DNA from: Thermomicrobiales bacterium
GTDB taxonomy: Bacteria; Chloroflexota; Chloroflexia; Thermomicrobiales; CFX8
Reading direction: 5' to 3'
NCBI GenBank assembly: GCA_037045155.1
Contig: JBAOIG010000005.1
Coordinates: forward strand, 257,006-321,005
Length of the DNA: 64,000 nucleotides
Of the stretch, positions 36,131 to 45,777 are shown one piece after another. Made by a program: the position numbers and the translations under genes. Positions within the stretch are counted from its first letter, which is position 1. Every line of letters begins with the position of its first letter. Under the pieces are notes generated by a model. It was given only the letters and a program-made list of their open reading frames with translations. It was not told the origin of the DNA and searched no databases.

Positions 36131-38371
36131 TCATCTCGACTCGGCAATGACCTCGGACAGGATCGACTGGAGCATCGGAAGCACCGGCGACTCACGCTGG
36201 GGACGGTGGCCGGCACGGTGCCAGGAGATCCAGAGCGCGCGGCGCGCGCGGGTGAGGGCGACATAGAGCAAGCGCAGCCTTTCGGCAACGACCTCGATGC
36301 TGTCCGCCTCCAACGCGGCGCTGGGGTCGCGGAGTGGGTGGTCGGGCCGCCAGGCACGAGCGAGAGCGCGAAGCTCGTTTCGGGATTCGACGAGCGGGTC
36401 GCCAGGGCCGAGATAGTTGCGCATCTGTGGCCGGTAGATCTCGAGAGAGCCGGGAAACCAGTAATCATCACAGCCGGTCGCAAAGACGACATCCCACTCC
36501 AGCCCTTTGGCCTGATGGAAGGTCGATACGGTGAGCGTGCCAGGAAGTACGCGGACCGAGTCATCCTCTGGGGTGCCACGGAGGCGGCGGTGACGATCGC
36601 GCGTTTCCTGGAGCCAGCGTAACAGGTTGGCCAGGCGGTCACGGTCGGGATCCGGCTCGGCGTCGCGGATGGTGGCAATGACGCGGTTGAAGGTCGCGCG
36701 GTCGGCGTCCACTGGCTCGATCGTCGCGGCGACGAGGGCGAGCAGGTCGTGAGGCGGAGAGAGACGGGCATCAAGCCAGGCCGGCGCATGGGCGAGCCGC
36801 CGGAGTGTCGCTGCCTCGGCGTCGGTCCATGGTGACGGGACGTCGAGGGCGGCGGCGATCGCCTCGGGGCTGCGGCGCGGGTAGAACAGGCCGGCGACGA
36901 GCTCGGGATCGCGCTCTCGCCGTTGAAATGCAGCAACAACCCGGTCGGCATCGGGATCGGTGGACCATCGTTCCAGCGCACGGGAGAGATAGCGGGGCTG
37001 GTCGGGATTGAGGAGGAAAATGATGACGGGCTCGATCCGATCGATCAGATCGACAGGGCGGCCATCCTTCGAGCCAAGCAGCCGGATGATTCGCGACTGG
37101 GGGAGATGTTCGGACGCGCGAAGCGCGAGGGCGTAGCCTGTCTCGCCACGGCCGGCGAGGACAGCGACGGTGTCGCCGGGATGAGCGCGGAGCCAGCGGA
37201 CGGCGCGGCCGACGACCTCGGTGTGCTCGTCATCGGTAGTCTCGAAGTCGCGAATCGTAATGCCATGAGGCCCGTAGGAAAGAGGATTTTCCAGGCCGGC
37301 CGGCCCGATGACCGGCGCGATCGGCTGGTGAAGCAGCGCGGTTCGCGCACCAACGACGGGGTAGGCGTCGCGGACTCTATCGGAGAAGTGGTTGGCGAGT
37401 GTGAGAATCGACTGGGCCGATCGACTCGAGCCGGCCAGCGTGAATCGTTGGACCGCCGGGTCGGATAGCCAGTCTCGAAACCCTTGAGCATCGCTAGAGG
37501 TAAAGCTGGTCATGATGGCCTGGTTGCCATCGCCAACCCTGACGAGATTGCCGCCAGGACCCGCGATGAGCCGGAGCATACGCTCCTGCAGAGGGGTGCT
37601 GTCCTGCGCTTCATCTTCCAGCAGGTACGGCCACCGCTGGCGAAGCCGGGCGGCGAGCGATGGATCCTGCTCGAGCGCGGCAACCGCGCGGGTGACAAGA
37701 TCGTTGAAATCGAGCGCGCCGCGTTCGCGCAGGGCTCGTTCGTAGCGGTCGAACACGCTGGCGACAAACGGCAGCCAACGGGAGTCCGCGCCGCCGCGTA
37801 GCCCACTGCGGAGTGAGTCAGCGTCGAGTTGCAACTGCTTGGCTTCGTCGATGGCGCGCGCGGCGAGGACTGTCAGAATTTGCAGGCTGGGCCACTCGCG
37901 CGAGCGACCATCCTCGCGGTCGAGCACCAGCGCCATGAGCGCTTCGCTGTGTTCGACGATCTCTTCCTCAACGACAGATTCGACCAGGCGGTGGGCATCG
38001 CGCTCGTCGATGACGATCAGATCCGCATCGAGGCGAACGCGATGGCGTGTCGCGGCGAGCACGTCGTTTGCCAGACCGTGGAGCGTGCGGACTGCGATGC
38101 CCCGCTCGGGCAGACCTCGTTCGCGAAGACGGGCAGCAACGGCGCGCTGGAAGTTGGACACACCGGAGTTCTGATACGTGACGATCATCACGTGCCGATC
38201 CCGGCCGAGATTATCACCCCGTGCGATCAGCTCCGCGGCGAGAGCTGAGAGCGTCGTCGTCTTGCCGGCCCCCGGCACGGCTGCGATGGCGGCGTAGCCG
38301 CCGCGATAGCATTCGACAACCGCCCGCTGTTCGGGCCGCAGGCGCAGTGAGGCGGGTTCTGACCCGCTCAC
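36131..38371 (-). CDS. UvrD/Rep/PcrA-like SF1 DNA helicase
   Basis: Walker A AVPGAGKTTT, motif II LLEDEAQD, TFHQAKGLEWDVVF and YVALTRARR. The GTG start at 38371 overlaps the upstream stop (GTGA). The 79 extra residues in the ORF track overlap the upstream gene. Confidence 0.85.
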   Translation of the reverse strand: MSGSEPASLRLRPEQRAVVECYRGGYAAIAAVPGAGKTTTLSALAAELIARGDNLGRDRHVMIVTYQNSGVSNFQRAVAARLRERGLPERGIAVRTLHGLANDVLAATRHRVRLDADLIVIDERDAHRLVESVVEEEIVEHSEALMALVLDREDGRSREWPSLQILTVLAARAIDEAKQLQLDADSLRSGLRGGADSRWLPFVASVFDRYERALRERGALDFNDLVTRAVAALEQDPSLAARLRQRWPYLLEDEAQDSTPLQERMLRLIAGPGGNLVRVGDGNQAIMTSFTSSDAQGFRDWLSDPAVQRFTLAGSSRSAQSILTLANHFSDRVRDAYPVVGARTALLHQPIAPVIGPAGLENPLSYGPHGITIRDFETTDDEHTEVVGRAVRWLRAHPGDTVAVLAGRGETGYALALRASEHLPQSRIIRLLGSKDGRPVDLIDRIEPVIIFLLNPDQPRYLSRALERWSTDPDADRVVAAFQRRERDPELVAGLFYPRRSPEAIAAALDVPSPWTDAEAATLRRLAHAPAWLDARLSPPHDLLALVAATIEPVDADRATFNRVIATIRDAEPDPDRDRLANLLRWLQETRDRHRRLRGTPEDDSVRVLPGTLTVSTFHQAKGLEWDVVFATGCDDYWFPGSLEIYRPQMRNYLGPGDPLVESRNELRALARAWRPDHPLRDPSAALEADSIEVVAERLRLLYVALTRARRALWISWHRAGHRPQRESPVLPMLQSILSEVIAESR

Positions 38372-40389
38372 GAGTCCACCAGCCCGAGATCGTGGAATGC
38401 AGCCAGTAGCGGGCCGTCCAGCCGCTGACCATCCATGCTGGTGGCGCTGGCAAACACATGGATACCCTCGGTCACCCGCGCGGCCAGGTTGCGCAGGACA
38501 CGACCGAGAACCTCGCCACGAACACGGTCGTCGTGGGAAAGGTCGAGTTCCGCGCCGGACGCGATCGCGTGTGGGTTGGTCAGCACAAGGAGTGGCGGAT
38601 CCCACCAAAAGGGGGACGCGACATCGAGCCAGACTTGATGGGCAGCGGCCCGATTAGCGGTGAGGAAGCCATACGGCGTGGTCAGCGTCACGGCGGGCGC
38701 GAGTGGGCCCGAGGCATCGTCCGCTGCGATCACCTCGCTGTCGATGAACGAAAAGAAGCTGGCGAGGGAGGTATCGAACCCGAAGCGTGGCGCGGCCTCG
38801 GCAAAGCGGCGGGCGACAACAACAAGGCCATCGCAGACCGACTTCACGGCCGGAGCATCGACGAGGACATCGCAGGACAGGCGGTCGAGGGCAAGATCAA
38901 CCGGATCGTCGCCGGCCGCGATCAGGGTCGCCCAGTCGAGCAGGCGAGCAACCGGGTCGGGGAGAGCGCTGACGCCGGGAGAGGCGCGCCTCTCGACTTC
39001 TGGCCGCGCGCGGAGGTGGCCGGCGCGACTATCAAAAACGCGAGCGACGAGCGGCTGAACCGCGATGGGATTCCGGCCAAGTAGCGTGCCGAGCAGGTCG
39101 GCGACTTCGACCGGCGCAACCCGCCGGCCACCCGGTCGAGCGGCACGAAGCGCCGTCAGGCAAGCGCGGGCGGATGCGTCGTCGAAGAGCGAGCGCCAGC
39201 GCCGATCGACGGAGAATGGGATGCCGAAGGCCTCGAATCCGGCCATCAGCTCGCTGGTGACGACGGCGTCGAGGTAGGGGCTCAGCAGCACGATCCCCTT
39301 CGGAGGAACACCGGCATCCACAAGGCCGGCGACAGATTCGACGGCGGCGCGGGCCATGAGGTCTGGGCGATTCAGGGTCCTCAGGCTCCAGCCATCGAGT
39401 CGCGGCTGGCGAGGCGGGCCGGCAAGTGGGTCGCCGACGAGACGAGCGAGCTGGCCGGCAGCAGCGCGCCGCGGCGCGTCGGGGAGGTGATCGTCCCGCA
39501 AGCGCAGATGGCGGAACTCGCCGGCCCCGCCACCTACGAGCTTCGCGCAGACTGTGCTCGCGTGCGTGGTGGACGCGCCGAGCATCCAGCGAAGGCCCCC
39601 ATCGGTGGAATATCCGACCGTCACGCGCTCGACACTCGCAGCGAGGCTGCAGAGCGCCGAGGCGAGCGCTGGAACCATTTCATCCAGTCCGTCGATAGCG
39701 AGGACACGGTATTCGGCGACGAGTGAGTCGACAACCGGCTGCTGCCCGAGCAGCCAGACGGCCGCTTCGACCTGAAGGTCGAATGGCAAGACGCCGACCT
39801 GCAGGCATCGCTCGCGGAGGCGATGAGTGACACGGTAGCCGGACTGGATCACGTCATCCTCGAACGGTAGCTGCAGCCCGGCGGCGACCCGCCTCCACGC
39901 CTCATCGAGCGCGAGACCGCGGGCAGCGGCGAGGTTCATGTTGTCGATAAGCTGGACGATCAATCGCGGCTCGCGAATCGTGACCCGTGCCAGCGCGCCG
40001 GGATCGCGACGGTACTCCTGACGGCAGGCGTACTGGGTAACATCGAAAGGCAGGAACTCCGGCGTCTCTCCTGCTAGCCCAAACTGCTCGACGGCTTGTG
40101 TCCACCAGGTGGACACAAGCCGCTGCGCGAAGGTCAGGTAACTCTCCAGTCGAACCTGGCCGAACACGTCGGGAGGGACGAGGCGCGCGGCGGGGCGCTC
40201 GGCCCGACGATCGACGACCAGCATCAAGGCTTGCGCAGCCGAATCGCGCCGAAGCGCAACCTCGGCACGACTGAAGACCACGGTGGACACGCCAGATCGC
40301 GGCGGGCCGGAGATGACCCAGCGCGGCGCATCGTGCGCAATTACTCGTCGTTGCGCGGGCGTACTACGTTCGATCCAGCACCTCCGCAA
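38368..40389 (-). CDS. SF1-helicase-like protein with degenerate ATPase motifs (pseudo-helicase partner)
   Basis: 673 aa. TPAQRRVI resembles a Q motif. ISGPPRSGVST occupies the Walker A position with no Lys, and LAIDGLDEM occupies the DExx position. TTG start. Confidence 0.6.
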   Translation of the reverse strand: MRRCWIERSTPAQRRVIAHDAPRWVISGPPRSGVSTVVFSRAEVALRRDSAAQALMLVVDRRAERPAARLVPPDVFGQVRLESYLTFAQRLVSTWWTQAVEQFGLAGETPEFLPFDVTQYACRQEYRRDPGALARVTIREPRLIVQLIDNMNLAAARGLALDEAWRRVAAGLQLPFEDDVIQSGYRVTHRLRERCLQVGVLPFDLQVEAAVWLLGQQPVVDSLVAEYRVLAIDGLDEMVPALASALCSLAASVERVTVGYSTDGGLRWMLGASTTHASTVCAKLVGGGAGEFRHLRLRDDHLPDAPRRAAAGQLARLVGDPLAGPPRQPRLDGWSLRTLNRPDLMARAAVESVAGLVDAGVPPKGIVLLSPYLDAVVTSELMAGFEAFGIPFSVDRRWRSLFDDASARACLTALRAARPGGRRVAPVEVADLLGTLLGRNPIAVQPLVARVFDSRAGHLRARPEVERRASPGVSALPDPVARLLDWATLIAAGDDPVDLALDRLSCDVLVDAPAVKSVCDGLVVVARRFAEAAPRFGFDTSLASFFSFIDSEVIAADDASGPLAPAVTLTTPYGFLTANRAAAHQVWLDVASPFWWDPPLLVLTNPHAIASGAELDLSHDDRVRGEVLGRVLRNLAARVTEGIHVFASATSMDGQRLDGPLLAAFHDLGLVDS

Positions 40390-40453
40390 TCGAGACAGGG
40401 TCGATGAACCGGAGCATCAATGCTCCTCGAGCGTATTACTTGCGTCTACGATA

Positions 40454-40999
40454 TCAGGCTTCGAGATCGATCACCGCGCCAAGAGAGCGGGCCAGCAATA
40501 CCGCATGGTCGAGATCGAGCCGGACACCGCGCAGGTTGAGAAGCGACAGATCGACGCCGTCAAGGCGAGCGCCGCGGAGATCTGCGCCGCGTAACCGGGC
40601 GCGCAGCAAGCTGGCATTGGTGAGATCGCTGCCGCGGAAGTTGGCGCGCTCGAGATTACAGTCCTCCAGATTTGCGTCGGCAAGACGGACATCATGCAGA
40701 TCGATGCGGCGCAAGTCGTGGCCGGCGAAGATGACGAACGACCAGTCGCCGCCGACAATCGCGACCGTCATGAATCGCGCTTCGGCAAACGACGAGCCGG
40801 TCATCTTGCACTGTTCGAAGCGCGCGTCGGTCAGGTTAGCGAGGGAGAAGCGACAGTTGAGGAAGGCACTGCCGTCATGACGGGAGCCGTTCAGCCGCGC
40901 CCCGGAGAAATCGCAGGAGTCAAAGAGACAGTGGTCGGTGACGGCCTCATCGAGGTCAACGCTGCGGAACGAGCAGCCAGAGAAGCGACAGCCCTGCAT
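40454..40999 (-). CDS. Pentapeptide-repeat protein (Qnr/MfpA-like fold)
   Basis: 181 aa of tandem A(D/N)LxX units, e.g. ANLTDARFEQCKMTGSSFAEARF and ADANLEDCNLERANFRGSDLTNASLLRARLRGADLRGARL. Confidence 0.85.
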   Translation of the reverse strand: MQGCRFSGCSFRSVDLDEAVTDHCLFDSCDFSGARLNGSRHDGSAFLNCRFSLANLTDARFEQCKMTGSSFAEARFMTVAIVGGDWSFVIFAGHDLRRIDLHDVRLADANLEDCNLERANFRGSDLTNASLLRARLRGADLRGARLDGVDLSLLNLRGVRLDLDHAVLLARSLGAVIDLEA

Positions 41000-41135
41000 G
41001 ACGGCGCGGTAGAGATCGACGCTGTCGAACGACTCGCCTACGTGCTCGCGTTCGATCCAGGGTTCCGGCTGGTCGTCGATGGCGCACCTCGCTGCTTCTG
41101 GCTACCGTCTGCGGAGCGGACTATACATGGCCGGC

Positions 41136-42263
41136 TCAGCGCGCATTCACGAGTCGGCGGATCTGCCAGATGGCGCGGAGGCTGTTTGCGGCGGCACGGG
41201 GTGAGACGGCCGCGGAGGCCAGCTCGAGATTGGCGTGGCGTAGCCCGGCCTCGCCGAAGGCGCGGATACGAGCAGCGACCTGTGCGGGTGTGCCCCACAT
41301 CAGCACCTCGGCGAGCGCATCGACCGGAACACGGGCCATCGCGTCGAGAAGCTGTTCACGTGTGTGCTCGCTGGGGACGTAATCAAAGAAGCCCCTGAAG
41401 TCATCACCAAACGGGTGGGCGACGCCATGACGTCGCCACATCTCGGCCGGGGCGAGGACGGCAATAAAGCGGATGGGCGGCGCGCCAAGCATCTCACGGG
41501 CCTCGCGCTCCGTCGGCGCCGCGACGACGTATGCCTGCATCGCAGGCAGGATCGCGGCTGGGTCGCGGCCGGCCGTCTGTGCGGCGGCCCGGATTGTCGC
41601 CAAGCGGGCAGCGTAATCGTCCGGGTCGGTGACGAGCACCGGCAGCCAACCATCCCCATATCTGCCGGTCAGGTCAAGCATGCGCGGGCCGTGGGCTGCA
41701 ACCCAGATTCGCGGGACACGGTTCGGAGGAGGCTGCAGATCGAGCGCGGCCTGCGTCAACGTGTAGAAGCGGCCATCGAAATCGACCGGACCCTCGGATG
41801 TCCAGCACAGACGGATGATCTGAAGCGCTTCCTCCAGCCGGCTGACCGACCAGGACATCGAGAGGCCGTAGGGCTCGACATTCTCTCGCTCGCCGGTGCC
41901 GATGCCCAGGATCGGAGCGCGGCGGCTGACATGGGCGAGGGTGGCCATTGACTGGGCAATCAGAACCGGATGTCGGCGGATCGCCTCAGTGACACCGACG
42001 CCAAGCCGAAGCCGGCCGGCGTGAGCAGCGAGGTAGCCAAGCGTGACCTGGTAGTCAAGCATCTCGTGGGGAGACTTGCTCAGGCGCGCAAGCCACGTGA
42101 AATCCTCATCCCACAGCGACTGCGGGAAAAGATCCTGAACGTGATCCCAGACGGTGAGCGATTCCAACCGCATCAGGCGGGACGCATAGGCCAACGCGCG
42201 CAGGGTGACAACAGGGGGTTTCGGCGGCAGGTGCATACCAACCGTGATGCGTGGTCGCGCCAA
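41136..42263 (-). CDS. LLM-class (luciferase-like) flavin/F420-dependent oxidoreductase
   Basis: 375 aa. The TIM-barrel LLM pattern includes LESLTVWDH and GIGTGE. Assigned by family resemblance only. Confidence 0.7.
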   Translation of the reverse strand: MARPRITVGMHLPPKPPVVTLRALAYASRLMRLESLTVWDHVQDLFPQSLWDEDFTWLARLSKSPHEMLDYQVTLGYLAAHAGRLRLGVGVTEAIRRHPVLIAQSMATLAHVSRRAPILGIGTGERENVEPYGLSMSWSVSRLEEALQIIRLCWTSEGPVDFDGRFYTLTQAALDLQPPPNRVPRIWVAAHGPRMLDLTGRYGDGWLPVLVTDPDDYAARLATIRAAAQTAGRDPAAILPAMQAYVVAAPTEREAREMLGAPPIRFIAVLAPAEMWRRHGVAHPFGDDFRGFFDYVPSEHTREQLLDAMARVPVDALAEVLMWGTPAQVAARIRAFGEAGLRHANLELASAAVSPRAAANSLRAIWQIRRLVNAR

Positions 42264-42293
42264 CGGTAGCCTCTTCCCCCGCCACGCGGCGGA

Positions 42294-43472
42294 CTAGCTC
42301 ATCGGCACCTGAGCGAGGATCTTGCCGTCGATACGCTCGAAGATCTCCGGCAACGAGCGACCGGTGATCGTCAGCCCGTGATTCTTGAGCCCGACGACCG
42401 CCCGCGACGGATCCGGGGCCGCCCGAATGAGATCCGAGACGGCGACTGCCAACTCGCGCGTGCCGCATGGGTAGTTGATCTCGGTCGAGAAAATATCTTC
42501 CATCCAGGCGTGGATATGGACGATCGCGCCGACATCGGGATGCTCGCGATAGACCATGAAGTGCTCGATCGCATCGACCGAGACGCGCCGGGGCTTGACC
42601 TTTGGCGAGACGCTCAGGACCATCGCATTACGCTCGGGGACGTAGTCTGTGACGAGCAGAATATCGCGCCCGACCTCATAGAGCTTGGACTTGTCGACGC
42701 CACTCGCGCTCATCCAGAAGGTCAACGCGTCGCGGCGGGCTGAGAGGTTGCCGTACGACAGACCGCCGATGCCAAAGAGACGCATCACATGCCGGAGGTC
42801 GCGTTCGGAGAGCAGATCCTGAATCGGCCATGGGGCGGGGAGCAGGTTAAGCTTGCCGAGCTGCTCGCCGGCCCAGGTCACCTGGCGCGTGATTTCATCG
42901 CCGTCCCATAGCTCCTTGGGCAGGTCGGGGATGTAGTCGTTGTTGATAACGAGCTGGGATGTCGCCAATGGGGCGAGCCGGTTATAGATGGCAGCGAAGA
43001 AATCCGCCTCGGAGCGCGAAGGATCCCATGAGACGACGTAGTGGCCCTGCTCCATCGTCATAAAGTGAGCGTCGACTTCGTCTCCGCGCACGACCATGAT
43101 GATGCCAAGATTCGAGAGGGCATGGATGAGGACTGGGTAAAAGGCACGAAAGATGTCGGCCGGTTGTTCGTTTGTCTCGAGAATACTGGTGACGAACGTA
43201 CCCTGCGCCTTGCGGCGAAAGGGCTTCGGCGCGTCGTAGTCGGTGAAGTTGACGATCAACCCGACGTCATCGGTCGCAGCAGGAAGCTGAATATGCCCGC
43301 GGCGGAGCATCTCAGCGACGAGACCGTCGCGCACCCACTGCTGGCGCTGGGTTCGGGCGACGCCATTGAGCGTAAAGGTAAGATGCCCATTTGCAGAAGC
43401 CGCCTGGGTTGCTGCGGTATCCTGCAGTGCTTTCCCGGAATCGGTTGAACTGGATATCATGCAAACCACCAC
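42294..43472 (-). CDS. Fusion protein: unassigned N-terminal domain of about 190 aa plus C-terminal class II aldolase/adducin domain
   Basis: The C-terminal half has GNLSAR, VDAIEHFMVY and GAIVHIHAW (HxH metal site). I recognise no motif in the N-terminal half. Confidence 0.65.
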   Translation of the reverse strand: MVVCMISSSTDSGKALQDTAATQAASANGHLTFTLNGVARTQRQQWVRDGLVAEMLRRGHIQLPAATDDVGLIVNFTDYDAPKPFRRKAQGTFVTSILETNEQPADIFRAFYPVLIHALSNLGIIMVVRGDEVDAHFMTMEQGHYVVSWDPSRSEADFFAAIYNRLAPLATSQLVINNDYIPDLPKELWDGDEITRQVTWAGEQLGKLNLLPAPWPIQDLLSERDLRHVMRLFGIGGLSYGNLSARRDALTFWMSASGVDKSKLYEVGRDILLVTDYVPERNAMVLSVSPKVKPRRVSVDAIEHFMVYREHPDVGAIVHIHAWMEDIFSTEINYPCGTRELAVAVSDLIRAAPDPSRAVVGLKNHGLTITGRSLPEIFERIDGKILAQVPMS

Positions 43473-43573
43473 CTGATCTGAGGCTGCCCAACGGTTCGAG
43501 GGCGACGGATGCCGGCAAATCCGGCGGGTAGGCTGATAACGATCGTATCAACCGTGCACCCAACAACTATGAC

Positions 43574-44587
43574 CTATTGGCTTGGATCGGTGCAACCGCC
43601 GAATAGTTGGAGAGTCTCGGGAAGCCCGAACACCCGCAGGGTACGAGGAACTACCACGACCTCGATCGGTGTCTGGCCGATCTGCTCGCCATCCATCTCG
43701 ATCAGCATCCCTTCGTCGCAACGCACGGTCGCGCGGGTTGCCGACAGGTGGCGGACGCCAGGCCGGCCGACATGCGAGCCGCGATAGACGCGCGGCATGA
43801 TGTCGGTGATCAATGCCCGCCGACCGACGTCCTCGAGGACGAAGACCTCGAGCCGGCCATCGCAGAGCGACGCCATCGGGGCCACGTGCATGCCCCCGGC
43901 AAAATGGGCGCCGTTGGCGAACACCACCATGTTGGCTCGCCCGTCGAAAACCGTCTCGCCATCAGCGGTTACATCCACCGTGACGGGCTCGAAAGAAGCA
44001 ACCGACCGGACGGCGCTGGACATATAGGAGACCAGGCCACCAAACCGCTTCGATGTGCGATTGATTCGCAGAGCGGTCGCGCCACCGAGGCCGGCGTCGG
44101 CGACGTTGGCGAAGTAGCGGGATGTGAGCTGACCGGTCTGCGTGTCCAGATAGCTGATTCGTCCGACGTCGATCGTCGCAACACAGTCATCGCGTAGCGC
44201 CCGGATGGCGTCCTCAACACTTCGCACGCCGAGTGACCGGCTGAGATCGTGGCCGGTGCCACACGGGATCACGAGTAGCCGTGTGTGCTCGCTGACCGGA
44301 CGGTCGGCATCGATGAGGCCGTTGACGACCTCGTTCATGGTGCCATCTCCGCCGACACAGACGAGGATCGGCACATCGTGTCGCGCGAGGCGACGGGCGA
44401 TATCGGTGGCTTCGCCGGCGCCGGTCGTCAGATAGGCCTTGAAGTCATAACCGGCGGCGCGGAGGTGTTTCGCATATTCCGGCCAGCGACGGCCAGCACG
44501 ACCATTGCCGGCCATCGGGTTCACGACAACGTGGAGGGTAGTGGTCGGGGCTCCGCCCGTGGCACTCTGTCGCTCGGCGGCTACCAT
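43574..44587 (-). CDS. Diacylglycerol/lipid kinase-family protein (YegS/BmrU-like)
   Basis: LHVVVNPMAGNGRA and ILVCVGGDGTMNEVVNGL. ATG at 44587 follows GGAGGAG. The ORF-track N-terminus is spurious. Confidence 0.85.
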   Translation of the reverse strand: MVAAERQSATGGAPTTTLHVVVNPMAGNGRAGRRWPEYAKHLRAAGYDFKAYLTTGAGEATDIARRLARHDVPILVCVGGDGTMNEVVNGLIDADRPVSEHTRLLVIPCGTGHDLSRSLGVRSVEDAIRALRDDCVATIDVGRISYLDTQTGQLTSRYFANVADAGLGGATALRINRTSKRFGGLVSYMSSAVRSVASFEPVTVDVTADGETVFDGRANMVVFANGAHFAGGMHVAPMASLCDGRLEVFVLEDVGRRALITDIMPRVYRGSHVGRPGVRHLSATRATVRCDEGMLIEMDGEQIGQTPIEVVVVPRTLRVFGLPETLQLFGGCTDPSQ

Positions 44588-44679
44588 CGTCGAGTCTCTC
44601 CTCCGAACTTCTCGCCAGCGGGCCAGGTGACGCCTCGCGGACGAGGACCGTTGCCAATCGAATGGCCGGCAGTATACCG

Positions 44680-45777
44680 TCAGTGCCCAACCGCGCGCTG
44701 ATATACAGCCACAGTCCGCGCAGCCGCGTCGTCCCAGTCGAACTGCTTTGCCCGGGTAACCCCGCCAGCCGAGAGCGAACGCCATAGCTCGGCATCGCCT
44801 GCAACACGCTCGATCGCCGCGGCCCACTCACCGGGGTCGCCATCAATGACCTCGATCGCCACTGCGCCGGTAACCTCCGGGAGCGCGCCACCTCCCGAAG
44901 AAATGACCGGCGTCCCGACGGCCATTCCTTCCAGCGCGGCCAACCCGAACCCCTCCACTCTGCTGGGCAGGACGACCGCTATAGCCTCGCGGTAGAGCCT
45001 CCATACATCTGCGTCGGACGGCCCGACGAGCCACTCGACGCGGCCCGAGGCCGTCGCGGCTTGCAGCCGGGTCTGGGTGTCGTCACTACGCCAACCAGGG
45101 TGGCCGGCAACGACGAGCCGGATAGTCGGGTCGACGAGATGGAGCGCATCGAGCAACAAGTCATAGCGTTTGCGAGGCTCGACGGTGCCGACTGCCAGGA
45201 CATAATCGCCGCGCGATGAGCGCGGGAGCGCGGGCTGGTCGTCGATTCCCATTGTCACCCCCAGAGGGATGACAGTTACACGGGCAGGATCGATCGCATA
45301 GCGCTCGACCAGATCGGCTGCAGTCCAGGCAGATGGCACGATCCACTCGCGGGTCCAGCGAGCCGAGCGACCAAGCTGGCGGTAGTAGGCGAGGGCGTCG
45401 GCAGCGAGGTCCTCCGGCCACCGCAGAAACGCCAGATCATAGACGGTCGCGACGGCTGGGACGCCCGGGAGGATCGGCGCGATGAGATCGACAGCATGGT
45501 AGATATCCGGCCGGACCCGCCGCAGCATCAGCTCGACCGGGACGGCGTAGCGCTCCAGGCGATGGTGCGGCGGGGTGCGGAAACGAGCCGAAGACGGATC
45601 CACCGCCGGGTCGCGGACCGCACGGAGCGGGACCAGGTCAATGTCGGGCTGGCGACGAAGGGCCGCGGCGAGATCCGTCGAATAACGGGCGATGCCACCG
45701 GCCCGGTAGCCGGCCAGACGCATATCGAACGCAACGCGGAGCGCCACGTCAGACAAGCGCATCCAGCGCGAGGTCAC
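44680..45777 (-). CDS. GT4-family (GT-B) glycosyltransferase
   Basis: 365 aa. The C-terminal donor-binding region reads VLPSRVEGFGLAALEGMAVGTPVISS (E-x7-E type). Confidence 0.85.
   Translation of the reverse strand: MTSRWMRLSDVALRVAFDMRLAGYRAGGIARYSTDLAAALRRQPDIDLVPLRAVRDPAVDPSSARFRTPPHHRLERYAVPVELMLRRVRPDIYHAVDLIAPILPGVPAVATVYDLAFLRWPEDLAADALAYYRQLGRSARWTREWIVPSAWTAADLVERYAIDPARVTVIPLGVTMGIDDQPALPRSSRGDYVLAVGTVEPRKRYDLLLDALHLVDPTIRLVVAGHPGWRSDDTQTRLQAATASGRVEWLVGPSDADVWRLYREAIAVVLPSRVEGFGLAALEGMAVGTPVISSGGGALPEVTGAVAIEVIDGDPGEWAAAIERVAGDAELWRSLSAGGVTRAKQFDWDDAAARTVAVYQRAVGH

Noticed and set aside
35971-36981. 336-aa minus-strand ORF overlapping the 3' part of the helicase gene and the YyaL start
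   Set aside because: It is an off-frame shadow of the UvrD-like helicase. Its sequence is Pro/Arg/Ser-rich with no motifs.
36131-38608. Longer 825-aa version of the helicase ORF, and the 480-aa version of 26717..28159
   Set aside because: The extra N-terminal residues are Arg/Pro/Cys-rich and overlap the preceding genes out of frame. Internal starts (GTG 38371 in a GTGA overlap; ATG 27733) give products that begin at the conserved domains.
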